A model generated the notes under the pieces. That model was given only the letters and a program-made list of their open reading frames with translations, made no database searches and was not told where the DNA came from. Below are positions 16,105 to 30,719 of a stretch of 64,000 nucleotides of DNA, piece after piece. Within the stretch, counting starts at the first letter, position 1; every line of letters begins with the position of its first letter. Source of the stretch: the human T2T-CHM13v2.0 reference genome, Homo sapiens; assembly GCF_009914755.1 (NCBI RefSeq), contig NC_060930.1; one strand, given 5' to 3'. A program made the position numbers and the translations under genes.

Positions 16105-16800
16105 AAAATGGCCATTAAAAATTCAAAAAACTATGGATGTTGGCACGAAGCCAGTAAAAAGGGAATGCTTTTACACGGCTGATGGGAATGCAAATTAGTA
16201 CAATCTCTATGGAAAACAGTATGGAGATTTCTCAAAGAACTAAAAGTAGATCTATCATTCACTCCAGAACACTACTGGGTATCTACCCAAAGTGAAACAA
16301 GTCATTATATCAAAAAGTCACCCATGCTTACATGTTTATTGAAGTACAAATTCACAATTGCAAAGATATGAAATCAACTTAAGTGCCCATCAACCAATGA
16401 GTGGATAAAGAAAATGTGTGTGGAGGGGGGCAGGTGTGTATACACACCATGGAAACCATGGAATACTATACAGCCACAAAAAAGAATGAAATAATGTCTT
16501 TTGCAGCAACTTGCATGAAAATGGAGGCCATTATCCCAAGTGAAGTAACTCTGGAACAGAAAAACAAATACCACATGTTCTTACTTACAAGTGTGAGCTA
16601 AGCTATAAGTACATGGGGGCATACAGAATAGTATAACGGATACTGGAAACTCAGAAGGGAAGTGAGGGATGAAAAATTACATAGTGGGTACGATATACAC
16701 TATTCAGGTGATGGGTATACTAAAAGCCCAGACTTCACCACTATGCAATTCATCCATGTAACCAAAAACCACTTTTACCCCCACAAAGTTATTGAAAAAA
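16105..16800 (+). mobile_element. L1MA-type 3' end (ORF2 C-terminus and 3' UTR), antisense to SHPRH
   Basis: ORF 16401-16601 MEYYTATKKNEIMSFAAT matches the L1 ORF2 tail. Confidence 0.85.
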
Positions 16801-17333
16801 GACAGCAATAAAGAAGTGGCATAAATGCCTCCCGTAAAACTACTACTTTCATAAAAATACTCAACAGATGACATTTTATTACTGTAAAGAAAAAAATGCA
16901 AAGTCTAGGAAAATTCATCACACATAAGTCTCCTACTTTTGTAAATTTGCTTTCTGTCACCAACATTCACCATTACATTGTGAGTTTCTTGCAGATGGTC
17001 AGTAAGATTCCCACTGGACCAGATTCTAAAGAGCAATTCTTTGTTTGAAAGGAATGTAAAAAAAATTTCTTGGTTTTTAAAAATTCCAATTGAGGCAGGA
17101 TTGATTTCCTTTTGGCAAGAAAAACCAGTACAAACTTTTATGAATGAAGAAACTCACAAATTCATTTTTCTAGATTTCAATTTTAAAGAATTTCTTAGAA
17201 AATAATTTTATGGCACCCATTCTATCTTATATTTTCAGGATGTTTATTTTAATGATCAATTTCACCCTGCCCTAATTGTCTCTGATGTAATCTCTCTAAT
17301 CAATTGGACTTTCTTTAAACATCTTATTCTTAC

Positions 17334-17552
17334 CAGTAGCAGGACTGCTTCTGAAACACTCTTGTTGTAGCATCCAATTGACAGCCTCTCTTTGGTAGGG
17401 TCTCAACACAGGGATCAATGCAGGATGCTGGACATCCACTTGGATGGACTGCGTTTCTTGCTGATGTGTTTGTTTCACAAAGTGATACAGCTCGTCAATG
17501 TCTTGTCCCTCTGGCTCACTCTCCGGATCATCTTCATCCTCTTCCAACACAT
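17334..17552 (-). CDS. SHPRH: SHPRH exon 4 (acidic stretch and SNF2 Q-motif LRPYQREAVNWM)
   Basis: tacag|ATG acceptor, CTG|gtaaga donor, 219 nt; overlaps ORF 17296-17550. Confidence 0.96.
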
Positions 17553-19418
17553 CTGTACATCACACAGCAAATGTACTCAAAAACTGATAGGTTTTTTCTA
17601 ACTATAAGCAATTCTTATTCTAAGAGCATACAATGAACTTGCCCAACTCTGGGGCCTTGCTCAGTGTGTTTTGTCACTGAAAGGCCCTATCTTTAATTCT
17701 TCATTAATCAAAAATCTACTCATCCATTCTTCAAGAAAGTTTAACTGATACTTTTTCCATGGCATTTTCTTTTGTTTTCCCTGGCTGGAATTATGTTCTC
17801 CTCTGTGGATACAGTATTATTACATTGTAATCTATCTGGTACTGCAAACATTTATGTCCACTGGTCCTTTCCCCAGGGTAACAAAGGCAAAGTTTTTCAT
17901 TTTTGTAGCCCCTCAGAGAAGCTGACACGTAGCTGACACGTGTATTGTCTATTGTGGATGTTTTATAAACATTTGAGGAACTCAATGTGAATACTGTTTG
18001 AAGTTTATATAGGAACAACTTACTTTACTTTTGTAATTTTAACATACAAAATCCATATGGAGACATAACTGTTCTATGCCCAATAAGAAATGGGTTCTCA
18101 TTTTATTTCTTATGCTAGAAAAGGATAGGCATTTGGTAGCAGTAGCAGCCAACTGGAAGACAAGTGATTATGTTATTAATGCAAATTTGTAAAAACACTA
18201 AGTTCACTTGGTGGGCACAATTGTTCTGTGGAAGAAGATTTATACTTACTATAACATGAAAAAAGTAATAAAAACCTTGAACATATTTACAAACTCCTTT
18301 CAGCTAATGGTTCTTTATTAAAAACATAATTCTTTCAAGGTGAAAAAGTATATCATTTATTTCTGAATTGCTTTGAAAGAGGCCTATATACTTTTATAGG
18401 ACATACCTCATAACTTCTAAAACTAAAAGATGACACCAAAAAATTCACAACTTATTTTTTTCCAATAAATATGCCATGTAAAATTTCCAAAACTTCACAA
18501 TTAATGTACAGCTTTATGCTCAGTTGTTTTAGACTTTTACTATAATTATATAATCTAAGATTAATAGCTAAATTTGAAGTTTTCCTTAGATACCAGGCTT
18601 TAAAATGAACAAATTGTAATATTTTTAAAAGGCCATAAGTTTAAAAACTCTAGATGTACTTAAATTCATTCCTTCTAATCCCGAAACCAGAGATTTCCTA
18701 ATTTAAAGTATCTAACTTGCAAAACGATTTACTATTACTGATATTATAAAGCATTGCAAAGAATGTACTAGAGAAATAACAATCGAAGTTAGAAACTGAT
18801 TTTCAAATACTCCAGTATGACAATGTTCTATAATTTGCACCTGAAATAATGCTGACCCACCATGAGCAGAACTTGGAGAATTTGGGCTGTTTTTCCAGTA
18901 GTGTTGATGAGCTGCACCAAGCCATCCACACTCTCCCAAGGTGACCAATGGCAGACAACTCTGAATCTGCAGTCCTGACCAAAGATGCAACGTCTTGCCA
19001 AGAAACAGAGCAAAGTTATCTGGTCTTTATGGGAACCAGGCTTTTGAAATTATTTGTCAGACTGCAAAGGAGAGGTGGAATAAACGCCAGCCAAGAATTT
19101 CTGGCCCATGACAAAATAAAAGCACAGGAATAATGCAAAAATCCCAACCAGCTCAGATCCCTTTAGACTCTGCCTTTTGACTTGCATATTGACTCCGCAA
19201 ATATTTCTTTAATATTTAATATAAGGTAAGCACAGAGTCAACCAAAGAAACAAATTATATTAGTGGGTGCATTTCAAATAAGTATAATTTGCCATATAAT
19301 CATTTAATTTTTATTATGGCTTTATTAGCTGTTTTTCTGATTGTTATGTCCAGGGGTTAGAGGAAAAAACTCACAACTCCTAAGTAATAGCAATTTTTAA
19401 GTTTACTGTAAATATTAC

Positions 19419-19548
19419 CTGGAATAATAGAATTGTGTAACTTTTCCATTACTTTCTTCATGAGCTGATTGAACTTTTTCATTCTTGAATTTGCATCACT
19501 CAAGAAGTCTAGTTTTGCTAGGCCAGCTTCCAAAAGATAAATTCCAAC
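19419..19548 (-). CDS. SHPRH: SHPRH exon 3 (VGIYLLEAGLAKLDFLSDANSRMKKFNQLMKKVMEKLHNSIIP)
   Basis: ttttag|GTT acceptor, CAG|gtaata donor, 130 nt, open in the expected frame. Confidence 0.93.
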
Positions 19549-21759
19549 CTAAAAACAATTAATCAAAATAAAAGTAGTTTCATTTGAAATATACCATTCT
19601 TTATGAGGACATAAGCAAGAAAAAATTAGCATCACTACTTTTAAAGGTATTCATAGCATGTGTGACACAAACAATAAATACATGCCTACCAAATTTCCCC
19701 CACGTGTTTCATTTTCACTAACAAATTATAAATGTAAGTGCCTACAATGTACAATTCGAGTTGCTGGAAAAAAATATTCCCCTAACTGAAATCGAACCTG
19801 GGAGAATGTGATAAGAACACCTAGTTCTATCTACCAATGCAATGATTCCCAAAACTGATGAATTAATCAGTCAAGTTTGTTAAAAATGCCGATTTCCCCA
19901 GAAGATTATGACATACATGCTAGGAATCTTCTGCACAGTTAGGTTTGGGCATCCTCATTACTGAATCAAACACTAAAACGTGTAAAAAAACAGACCTTGA
20001 TTAATGTTAATATTTTGACCCTAGTGAAGCAATGTGGTATGAAGTTTTACAGTTGAAAGACTTGATTTTGAATACTGGCATTGATATTTGGAAGCTAAAT
20101 GAATTTGAGAAAAATAACCTATTGATTTTGACCTAAGTGTTCTCATTTACAAAATGGAGAGAAGTCCATCTTAAATAATATAACTATAAAAGTTTCTAAT
20201 GGTAGACACTCAATAAATGTTAATTCCCTTTACTTCATGTTGACTATGTTGTACCTGACTCCCTAATCACTGAGAATCTCATATTCTTTCACTACAGAAC
20301 AGGAATCCACCAGCCTTACACAGAAATGAATGACAAAGAGTGTATTTCATTACTGCTAGTATTCTGTCTTGGCTCGCTTGGTGATGTCTTACTACAGCAG
20401 CAATAAATGTTTAAATATTTGTAAAATTCAGGATCAGGAAAAACAGAATAGATTAACACTTGGTCTGTAGGGAACGTAGATAGAACACAGATATGTGAGT
20501 CATAAATTGTTACATACTTGTTATCACTGAGCCACAATTTTGGCAAAATCAGTAAAGAGAGGGAATGTTTGATTACATAGTTTCACTGTACAGGGAAAAA
20601 TTAATTGGAGTCTAATAATTCTAAATGTTCTCCTTTCCTTCTGACAATTCTAAAACTATAACTAAGGTTATCGATGCAAGAAATATATGAGACAGTTTTC
20701 AGTTAAACAACATGAAATTAACATTTTAAATTTTCAGGTTTAGCATAAAAGCATATTAACTTGCTTCACAGTTTACAAAGTATACTTTCTTACATTATCT
20801 GGCCTGATTTTCAACACAATTCTATGCTGTAAGAAGAATGGGTATTATTTACATTTCATAAAGAAACTGAAATTAGAGCATTTAAATGATTCACATAAAG
20901 TTATTTGGCCAGTGAATGACAGAGACTGAAATAAATTACAAATTTATTCATTCATCTACTGAAAATTTAGGTACCAGGTACTTTACTAGGCTGTAAAGAT
21001 GAAAGGCTTCATAGTTTAGCAGAGGGGAATGATCTAAAATGTTAAGTATGTGACAAGCCGCCAAGGCCAAAAAAAAAAATCTACCAGAGATTCTGAGGAG
21101 AGGGCACATAATACTACCAATAGATTTAAGAAACGATCTCCCTGGGTGAATTAAATGCTATACTAAATATTAAAGAATAACCAGGAATTACCAGGGAAGG
21201 GGAAGGGAACAACTCAAGCAGAAGGAACTATAAGAGCAAAAGCAAAGACGCAGAAAGTCAGTGTGGTATATGGAGAAAATAAATCAATTTGGAGTTTCTG
21301 GGACAAAATAAAAAGCAGAGTAATAAAGGGTAAGGCTCAAGGGCTTGTCAAGGGAGGAACTTGTGTGCCAGATTAGAAAGATTATACTTAATTCTGTAGG
21401 CAGTAATGGGTAGAATTTCATTTGCATTCAATCATACAATTCCAGAGACAAAATCGAAGCATTTGAAAAGGCAAAATAGCAAACAGATAAATGGTTAAAT
21501 GACTGCTGCAGTAAGAGGAACTGATGATGAGGACCAAAACAAGTCACTGAAAGTAGAGATGGAAGATCTTGAAAAAGTGTAGCCTGAAAATGATTAGTTG
21601 TAACATACTTTGAATAGTTATTAAAAGCTTAAAGTGTACTTTGAAACTTAACAATGAAAGGCTTATTGCTGGCTTTTCAGACTTCTCTCACAAGTTAATT
21701 TAAAATTGGACTGCCAATGTAGAAGAGCCTCAAAAAAGACACCACAAAAAACTGAGTAC

Positions 21760-22392
21760 CTTGATAATGTGATTTCCTTCTGGTTTCTGATAGAGTTTTA
21801 TTCTTCTCTTCTTTTGTAGCCACCCCAAATCTTCTAACATTTCACCACTGAAGGATGACTCCACCAGAATACCCTTGTCACAAATACTCATCGGTTCTTT
21901 TTTTTGTTTCTCTACATCTTCACCTTTTGAATGAACATAAATCAGGAACTGATTGCTTGACTCTGAACTCATCAATGTAATACTCCTTTCGGAAAAATTT
22001 TCAATTAAACTCTGTGCAGGAAGAAGCTGAAGAGTTAATTCTCCTAGAAATGCTTTCCAGGAATTATCAAAATGATAGGGAGAAATCACAATATTTAACT
22101 TTACAGACAAAGGGGAAAAAATACCAACAGTCTCTTCTTTTTCAATTGGTTTTGAGAAGCTCACCACTTTTGAACACCTCTTCTTATCTCTGTGAGCCAC
22201 TTCTTCCTTTAGACTATCACTTAGAATGATATAATGAGCAGAAGAGGTATCTGAACCTGGGCAGGGCTGCTCGTCATCATCACTTATGATGATAGGTTCA
22301 TTCCTTCTGTCCTCATGCATATTCCAATGAAGCTGCTGCCTCTTTTCCTCATCTACCCTCACTGGAGGAGCACGTTTCCGTCGGCTGCTCAT
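21760..22392 (-). CDS. SHPRH: SHPRH exon 2 coding part (ATG at 22392; exon begins 22424, 32 nt UTR), codons 1-211
   Basis: Acceptor tttgtcctctag|AGTTC; start context GAAAATGA; donor AAG|gtactc; 633 nt, phase 0. Confidence 0.96.
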
Positions 22393-22759
22393 TTTCAAGT
22401 TTTCTTGGCTGGTAACTGTGAACTCTAGAGGACAAATGAAACAACAGGAGGTATAACAAGAGATGATTTAGTATTTAAGGGTTACCAGATGAGAAATTCA
22501 GCATAAATTCATAGCCCATAAACATAATATGAAATCTTCTGTGAGATATAAGGCAATGAGTAATTTTTTTACCAGGTCATTATGACTAAGGAATGAACAT
22601 ATTAACCATAATCTCATTTATCAAATAAATTCTAATGGTTTTGCTAGTCTTTAATAGTAAAGGCAATTTGTTGTATAAAATAAAATAAATTGTAGAAATA
22701 CATTTAATAAGCAATATAATAGGAAGGTAAATCTCTCAATCCCAAGTAATTTAACTGCC

Positions 22760-25570
22760 CCTCAGAACAAAGCCCAACAATACTTAAAAGAGCGAAACAA
22801 AATCCAACACAAATGTCTGGCATCAAATCTAAAATTATCAGGCACGCAAAAAAAATGAAAATAAAACAGAAAAATAAGACCCATTACAAGAAAAAAATCA
22901 AAAAGCCCCAGAAAAGACACAGATGATATAATTAGCAGAAACAAACATTCAAACAGCTACTGTAAATATTCTCAATATGTTAAAGGTAGAGGAAAACATG
23001 AATATGACAAAGAAAAATGATAGATATACAAGTGACTCCTATAGAATTTATGCAGATGGAAATGCAACATCTAAAACGAAAAACACATTGTATGAGATTA
23101 CCAGCAGATTAGAAATGGCAAAGAAAAAAAGAAGCAGAATAAGCTTAAACAATGGAAACAACAGTAACAACAGAAACTGTCAAAAATGAAGTAGAGATAA
23201 ACAAAGACTGAAAAAACAATAAATAGAACATCAGAAACCTACTAGACAATGTTAAGGAGTCAAACATGCATAAAACTGGAATCTCAGCAGCAAAGAATGG
23301 AAAGGATACAAAAAACTTTTTGAAAAAATCATGCATGAAAATTTTCCAACTTCTATAAAAACCATCAACTCAGAAAACCAAGAAGCTCAATGAAACCCAA
23401 TCAGGGCAAACATAAAGAACAATCACAATAAGGTATGCCATAATTAAATTACTGAAAAGTGAGGACTTCTCTCCAGATTGGCCCTATTTCTCTGGTTTAG
23501 ACACTGCTCCCACCCCACAGCTCTAAACCCAGCAAAATATCTTTCAAAAATGAAGGTGAAAAAAAGATCAACAAAAGCCAAAAGGACTTATCACCTGTAT
23601 ACCTACAATCTAAGTAATGTAAGAAGCGCTTGGGTAGAAGAAATATGACATCAGATGGAAATCTGGATCCACACACAAGGAAATAAAAAGCAAAAACAAA
23701 AAATATGTGTATAAATATAGTAAACTTTTTTCTTGATTTTTAAATTTCTGTAAAAGATAACTTACTATACTTTCATTCTGAAAATTTTCAAGCATACATA
23801 AAAATTTAGAAAATAGTATAACAGTATAATCAGAGATCTATACAGTGTACTATGTTCATGGACTAGAAGACTCAAAATGTTCAGATGTCAATTTCTTAGT
23901 ACTGACCTATAGAAAAGCAATCCCATTCAAAATTCCAACAGGTTTGTTCTGTAGAAACTGACAACCTGATGTTAAAATTTATACTAAAATGCCTACAATA
24001 CAGGAAAGTCAATATAATTTTAGAAAAGAAAAATAAAGTTGAATGACTTACACTGATTCCAAGACATATGTCAAAAGAAATAAAAATGGTGCAGTAGTGG
24101 TGTAAAGACCAACATATAGATCAAGGGAAATGTCCTGTAGTGGACCCACACATGGATGGTCAATTGATTTTTGAAAGAAGTTCAGAGGCAGTCAATGGGA
24201 AAGGTATCCTTTTAGTAAATGGATACCAATATGCAATGAAATGAAGCTTTACCTCCTAAAATGTAAGAATTAACTAAAAATAGATAATAAACTATAAAAG
24301 CTAAAACTAAAACTTCTCAAAGAAAACAGAGGAGAAAACCTAAATGACATTGGATTAGCCCAAAAAAAAGGCACAAAAATTTTTAAGCAGGAAACAAAAA
24401 CCATAGACTATGTAAGAATATGATAAACTAAGTTTCATCAAAATTAAATATTTTGGTTCTTCAAAAGATACTGTCATCAAAATATGACAGCAAGTCACAG
24501 ATGGGAGAAAATATTAGCAAATCAAGTATCTGATGAAGGATATGTTTGCAGAATATATAAAGAACTCTCACAAATTAATAGTAAGACAAACATTTAAAAA
24601 AGTCAAAAATTTTGAATAGACATTTCACCAAAGATGACCTATAAGTGTAAAATAAGCATATGAAAATATTTTCACCAGCATCAGTCATTAAAGCAATACA
24701 AATTCAACCCACAAATCACAATGAGATGCCACTATTCATATACTAAAATAGTCAAAAATTTAAAACACTGAGAGTATGGCTCAAACAGAACTGAACTCTC
24801 CAACATTTGAACACAGCACAGTCACTTTGGAAAAGTATCAGTTTCTAATAAAATTGAATATAACTTACTATGCAGCCTAGTAATCCCTCTCTTAGGTATT
24901 TATCCAAGAGAAATCAAAACATAAATCCACAAAAATTTAAACTTGAATGTTAACAGCTTTACTATTAAAAGCCCCAAACTGGAAGAAAACCCAAATGTCC
25001 ATCAACTGGTGAATGGACAAATTGTGGCATAGTCACACAATGGAATACTATTCTGTGATAAAAAGAGACTTCTGTAAAATAACCTGAATGAACTGTTAAA
25101 GCATTATGCTAAACTGAAGAAAGCTAGATGTGAAAGACTATATACTATATGATTCCATTTACATGAAATTCTAGAAATGGCAAAAACCTGATTGCAGAAA
25201 GTAGATGAGTGGTTACCAGGGGCAAGGAAGTATAAAGAGGTGACTGACAGTAAAGGAGCAGGAAGGCAGGCTTTGGGGTGACATAAATGTTCAACACATG
25301 ATTGCAGAGTATACATCTGTCAAAACTCATCAAATTATATACTTTAAATTGAATTTTCTTATACATAAATTATATCATAAAGTTGATTTAAAGAGCAAAA
25401 ACAAAAAGATGCACGAGATTTAGAAATTTTAATATTAAGTATAACTTTATTCAATAAATCTGAAAAATCTAGATAAAATGATAAATTATAAAGTGATAAA
25501 ATTTTGCTAACAAAATACAAATGAACAAAACTGGCCCAAGAAGGAAAATATGAATAGACCAATAACCATA
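22760..25570 (+). mobile_element. Old L1M (MC/MD/ME-type) fragments in intron 1
   Basis: A-rich strand with degenerate ORF1, ORF2 and 3' UTR phrases (cccaaatgtccatcaactggtgaatgg; tatgattccatttacatgaaattctaga). Confidence 0.75.
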
Positions 25571-25776
25571 AAAGAAACTAAAGTGACATTATTTACCTGC
25601 CTAAGGTCTATCCTCCTTCCCTGATGACTGAACCTTTATTTAGGAACAAGGTGGCCCTATGATTCAAAGGAAGTGATTTCCTTGGCACCTCCAAGGAAGT
25701 AGTTTCTAGCTACTATTGGCCAAAGCAAATCCAATAAGGTAGTTATTGGCTGCATGTGACTACTTAACTTTCAATA

Positions 25777-26660
<884 letters not shown>

Positions 26661-27064
26661 TAAATAAAATTAAATGTTATAAACTCAGCTCTTCAGTCTC
26701 ACTAGCCCCATGTGCTCAGTAGCGCTATGTGACTAGTGGCTACTGTACTGGACAGCACAAATATAGAGCATTCACATAATTGCAAAAAGTCTATGTATCA
26801 GACAGTGCTTGTTTAAGTCAATCATGAGAATTCTATTCCCTTAGCCCGTGCTTCACTTATGAATGTGCAGGTGATGGATTAAAATCAATCCTTGGCTATG
26901 GTCAACTACTTTTAAAGCATCTTATCCTCTCTTATCTTAGTGGAATAATATAGAAAGCTCTTAATTTCCTAAGTGTTTATGTTTGTCCAGTTTTCCTCAA
27001 AGCATAAGCTGGAATACTGAAAGTGGGTCACTCTGCAGGAACTTTAAAAAGTTATGCTATAGTA

Positions 27065-27520
27065 GCTTATCAGTTAACTACTGCCACAAACATGCTGTGT
27101 AACACACTACCTCAAAGCTCAATACCTTGATATAGCAATCATTTATTCTCATAGATCTGCACATTAGCTGAAGGAGGCTAATCTAGGCTAGGTTTCTGGA
27201 AAAGCAGTTTGGCTCTGCTTAATGTAGTTCCTATCCCCTCTCCTTGGATCAGCAAAGTAACTCAGGAATGTTCTTTATGGCAATGGTTGAGGTGTATTAC
27301 TGCAAATCCAATCACACAAGTAGTTTTCAAAGTGCTTAAAAACCACTAAGGTGCCACAGACCAAAGCAAGACATATCCATGGACCCAATGTCAAGTGGTG
27401 AAGAAATATACTACACCTCTTTACTAGGTGAAACTGCACATGGCAAAGAGCATGGATATGGGGGGTGGAAGGGTAGAGGGAGTGTTGGAAGGGAATTGGG
27501 CCAGTTACACAATGTATCAC
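27065..27520. mobile_element. Old MLT1-type MaLR LTR
   Basis: gctgtgtaacacactacctcaaa...catttattctcat resembles MLT1; strongly diverged. Confidence 0.5.
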
Positions 27521-27869
27521 ACTAACCATAATAATATTAATAACATGGTTATTGTGGAATCATTAACTCTGAAAACCCAAAAAGCAACTGTCTAGCAGAG
27601 TCTCACATTAGCAAAGCGATGTGGCTTAAAGGTGAGAATGCAATGCTTTGAAGTCTTATATTCATTCTAATTCCAGCTTTGGCATTTACTGACTGTGTGG
27701 CATTGGAATAGTTATCCAGTCTTCTGTGCCAATTTTCTCATCTCTAAAATGGGGATGATAGCAGGATTGTGGTTAGAAATAATTTAAGTACAACAGCAGT
27801 ACTAGAAATTTGGCCTGTATTCCATAAATGGTAGTTGCTACTTATCATCATCCTGAGAACACTCTAAAC

Positions 27870-28219
27870 CAGCAGTTCCCAACCTTTTTGGTACCATAAA
27901 TGGGTTTCATGGAAGACAAGTTTTCCATGGACCGGAGGAGAGGGGTGGAGTGGAGAGGGGGTTGTTTAGGGATGAAACTATTCCACCTTAGATCATCAGG
28001 CATTAGGTTTTAATAAGAAGTGCACAACCTAGATCCTGCGCATATGCAGTTCACGATAGCATTCATGCTCTTATGGTAATCTACTGACTGTTGATCTGAC
28101 AGGAGGCACAGCTCAGGTGGTAATGCTCGCTTGCCCGCAACTCACCTCCTGCAATGCAGCCCGGTTCTAACAGGCCACGGACTGGCACCGGTCCATGGCC
28201 TGAGGGGTGGGGACCCCTG
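27870..28219 (+). mobile_element. MER1B-type hAT element with intact 8-bp TSD
   Basis: TIRs cagcagttcccaacc / ggtggggacccctg; ctctaaac at both 27862-27869 and 28220-28227. Confidence 0.88.
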
Positions 28220-28279
28220 CTCTAAACCACATTTCACAATAACCAAACTGTAATGTCGCAGGATGGGGGACCACAGATT

Positions 28280-28446
28280 AGTGCTTCTCAAACTTGACTG
28301 CACATTAGAATCACCAGGGGAACTTAAAAAAATCCTGATGTCGAGCCAACTAAGTCAGAATGTCTTGGAGAAGGGCCCAGGCACTACTCCCTTTATTTTT
28401 TAGAATCCCTAAAAAATTCCAGGGTGCAGCCAAGTTCAAAAAACCT
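28280..28446. mobile_element. MER5A-like hAT relic
   Basis: agtgcttctcaaact...ttagaatcaccagggga...gtgcagccaagtt. Confidence 0.65.
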
Positions 28447-30719
28447 TGTTATGGATAACCAGCTGCCAACTAAAATCCACTTATTTCCACTCAAAGTATA
28501 GAGTAGTTGAGAAATGACTGCCCAGCTTGGTTTGGTCCTGTGACCAGTCCTAGCCAATGGAATGTGAGAAGTAATATGTGCCATGTTTCCCACAATAATT
28601 TTGTAACAGACATATTACCAAACCAGAAAACATTACTTCAACTATTTATTCTGTTCTCTGGTAAAACCTATCCAGTATCTTTTAAATTATGTACACCATT
28701 ATAATTTGCACATTCCTTCAGATGTATTCTTTCAGCCTGATTCTTCCAATATTAGTGCCTCAAGGTACTTATCAGTGATAATGATAAACTGCAGAAAAGT
28801 CAACACCAGAATTTCTAGCAATGCTCTCCCTTTGTCCAGTTCTTAACTGAGTAAACATTCATGATCAAAAATCAACCAACCAAACAAAAAGCTCCTGGTT
28901 TTGACTGAGTCTTTACTTAAGGAAATCTCTATTCAGGGTTAACTTCTTGAACCAAAGAAAATAGTATTTGGTCAAATATACTTATGACTAAAATGCAATT
29001 TGGCAACTAGTAAGTCAAGTACTGGTGAAATTCTGTATCTAACCACATCCCATATTCTTCTGGTTTTATTCATACCTTATCAGTCACAACTACTTCTTCC
29101 TCCTCCTTAATTAGCAGTGTTTGGGTAAAACGTAATTATGTGAAGTTTTCTATATGGACCGCACTTTTACTGTCTTGTATTTAAATATAAAAGCCTTTTG
29201 CTTGAATTGCTTTTATGCCTGTCTCCATCCCAATCTTCCCTGGAAAGGCTTCCATGACTAGAGAAGCTGAGTTAAGGGCCTCTCTCTCCTCGATCCCAAC
29301 TGCTAGAGTGTTCACTTTGAAAGATGGGCAGGAGTAGTATCCTATTCAGTGTTGTACTCCCAATGCCAGGTCAGTGCTAGGAAGTAAAGACATACAAAAA
29401 GGGTGAAACAAAGATCTCTAATTCCGTGGATGTATTCCCTCCTTTTGAGGACCTAACGATACTTTACTCTTATTTCTTTTTGGAGAAGTCTCTCTTATCC
29501 ACATTCTAGAAGACTATAGGTAATATGAAACTAGTATTTCTGAGAAAAATGAAATACTAGAACGAGGCAGGGAAAACTGCCTGAACTGTATCTTTAACAG
29601 AAAACAAGGATGGAATGCTAGAAAAATAAACATAAAATGTTACATTACTAAGACAATCCAACAAATGAATAACACAACTTAAATTCACATTTTTTCCCTC
29701 CAAAATATTATTTCCTCTTTAAAAGATACACACAAATCTTGAATTACAACAAATCCATGGTAGATCTGGGTTTAGGCTATTAAGGGCAAAAAGGATTACA
29801 TACTTGCCATATTCCTGTCCAAAATGTTGTGTTATGGAAATGAAGCCCACTCATTACTAAGTACTAGGAAGCTCTTAATGACCCAGGGTTAACATAATCT
29901 TTTCCTTTTCTGTAGAAATAATTCCAGCAAGGTGAGAGTATTTTCTTCTACTGAATGCTAAAATATGCTAGTTACATAAACTTTAAAAATGCCCTCATAA
30001 GAAGCTTTTTCACCAGCAAATTGTTTCCCCTAAATCTTACTGGCCTAAACTCTTAATAATAAAAGTTTTGTTTTAATAATTCTGTAAGTCCAGCTCCTTT
30101 CGGGTGGACAAAGAGGATATACAAGAGCATCTCTCAAAAGTAAACTATTTTATTCTCAATTGCCAGCTTACTGGTTAACTGGTCCTTTAAAGCTCTAGAA
30201 AGTGCAGGTTATCGAGCACAGACATAATCATTACAATACTGCTCAGGACTGCTCTGTCTCCAGCATGTTTACTAATCATAAACTAAATAGTCTTTTTTGT
30301 GACAGTAGAGATATCATGGATCGTTTCTATTCAAGAGTTTCATCATTCCTACTAATGCCCACTGGAATAATTTAAAGTAACAGTAATAACTTTATCTTAT
30401 TTTGTTCAGAAAAAGCCCCAAGTTCCTTAAGTTCCTTAAGTACAAGTTGGAAGGCATCAAACATCTCGGATTTCTACCTCGTGCTAATGTCAAACTACTT
30501 GGAAAAAGGGCACAAGCTTCCTGGTCATTATTTAACTGATCATTATACAGTGACTATTAATCATCAAATAACACCCTATCTTCGTTCATAAACATAGCAA
30601 CTACCAGTCAAACTGTACAATGTCAAAGAGTGGTTCTGAATTCGAATGTAATTAATCTGGCTCCAAAGGTAACGGAGAACTTTGAGTGGGACTGAGAAAC
30701 CTCTGCCTCCCCTTTTACT

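Noticed and set aside
21730-22398. ORF-track boundaries for SHPRH exons (TTG start at 22398, intronic tails)
   Set aside because: ORFs run past splice sites; boundaries were reset using GT/AG and phase continuity
29531-29560. 10-bp inverted repeat ctagtatttc/gaaatactag; also short tandem duplications near 17920, 30420 and 58500
   Set aside because: Short enough to be chance or slippage events with no supporting context
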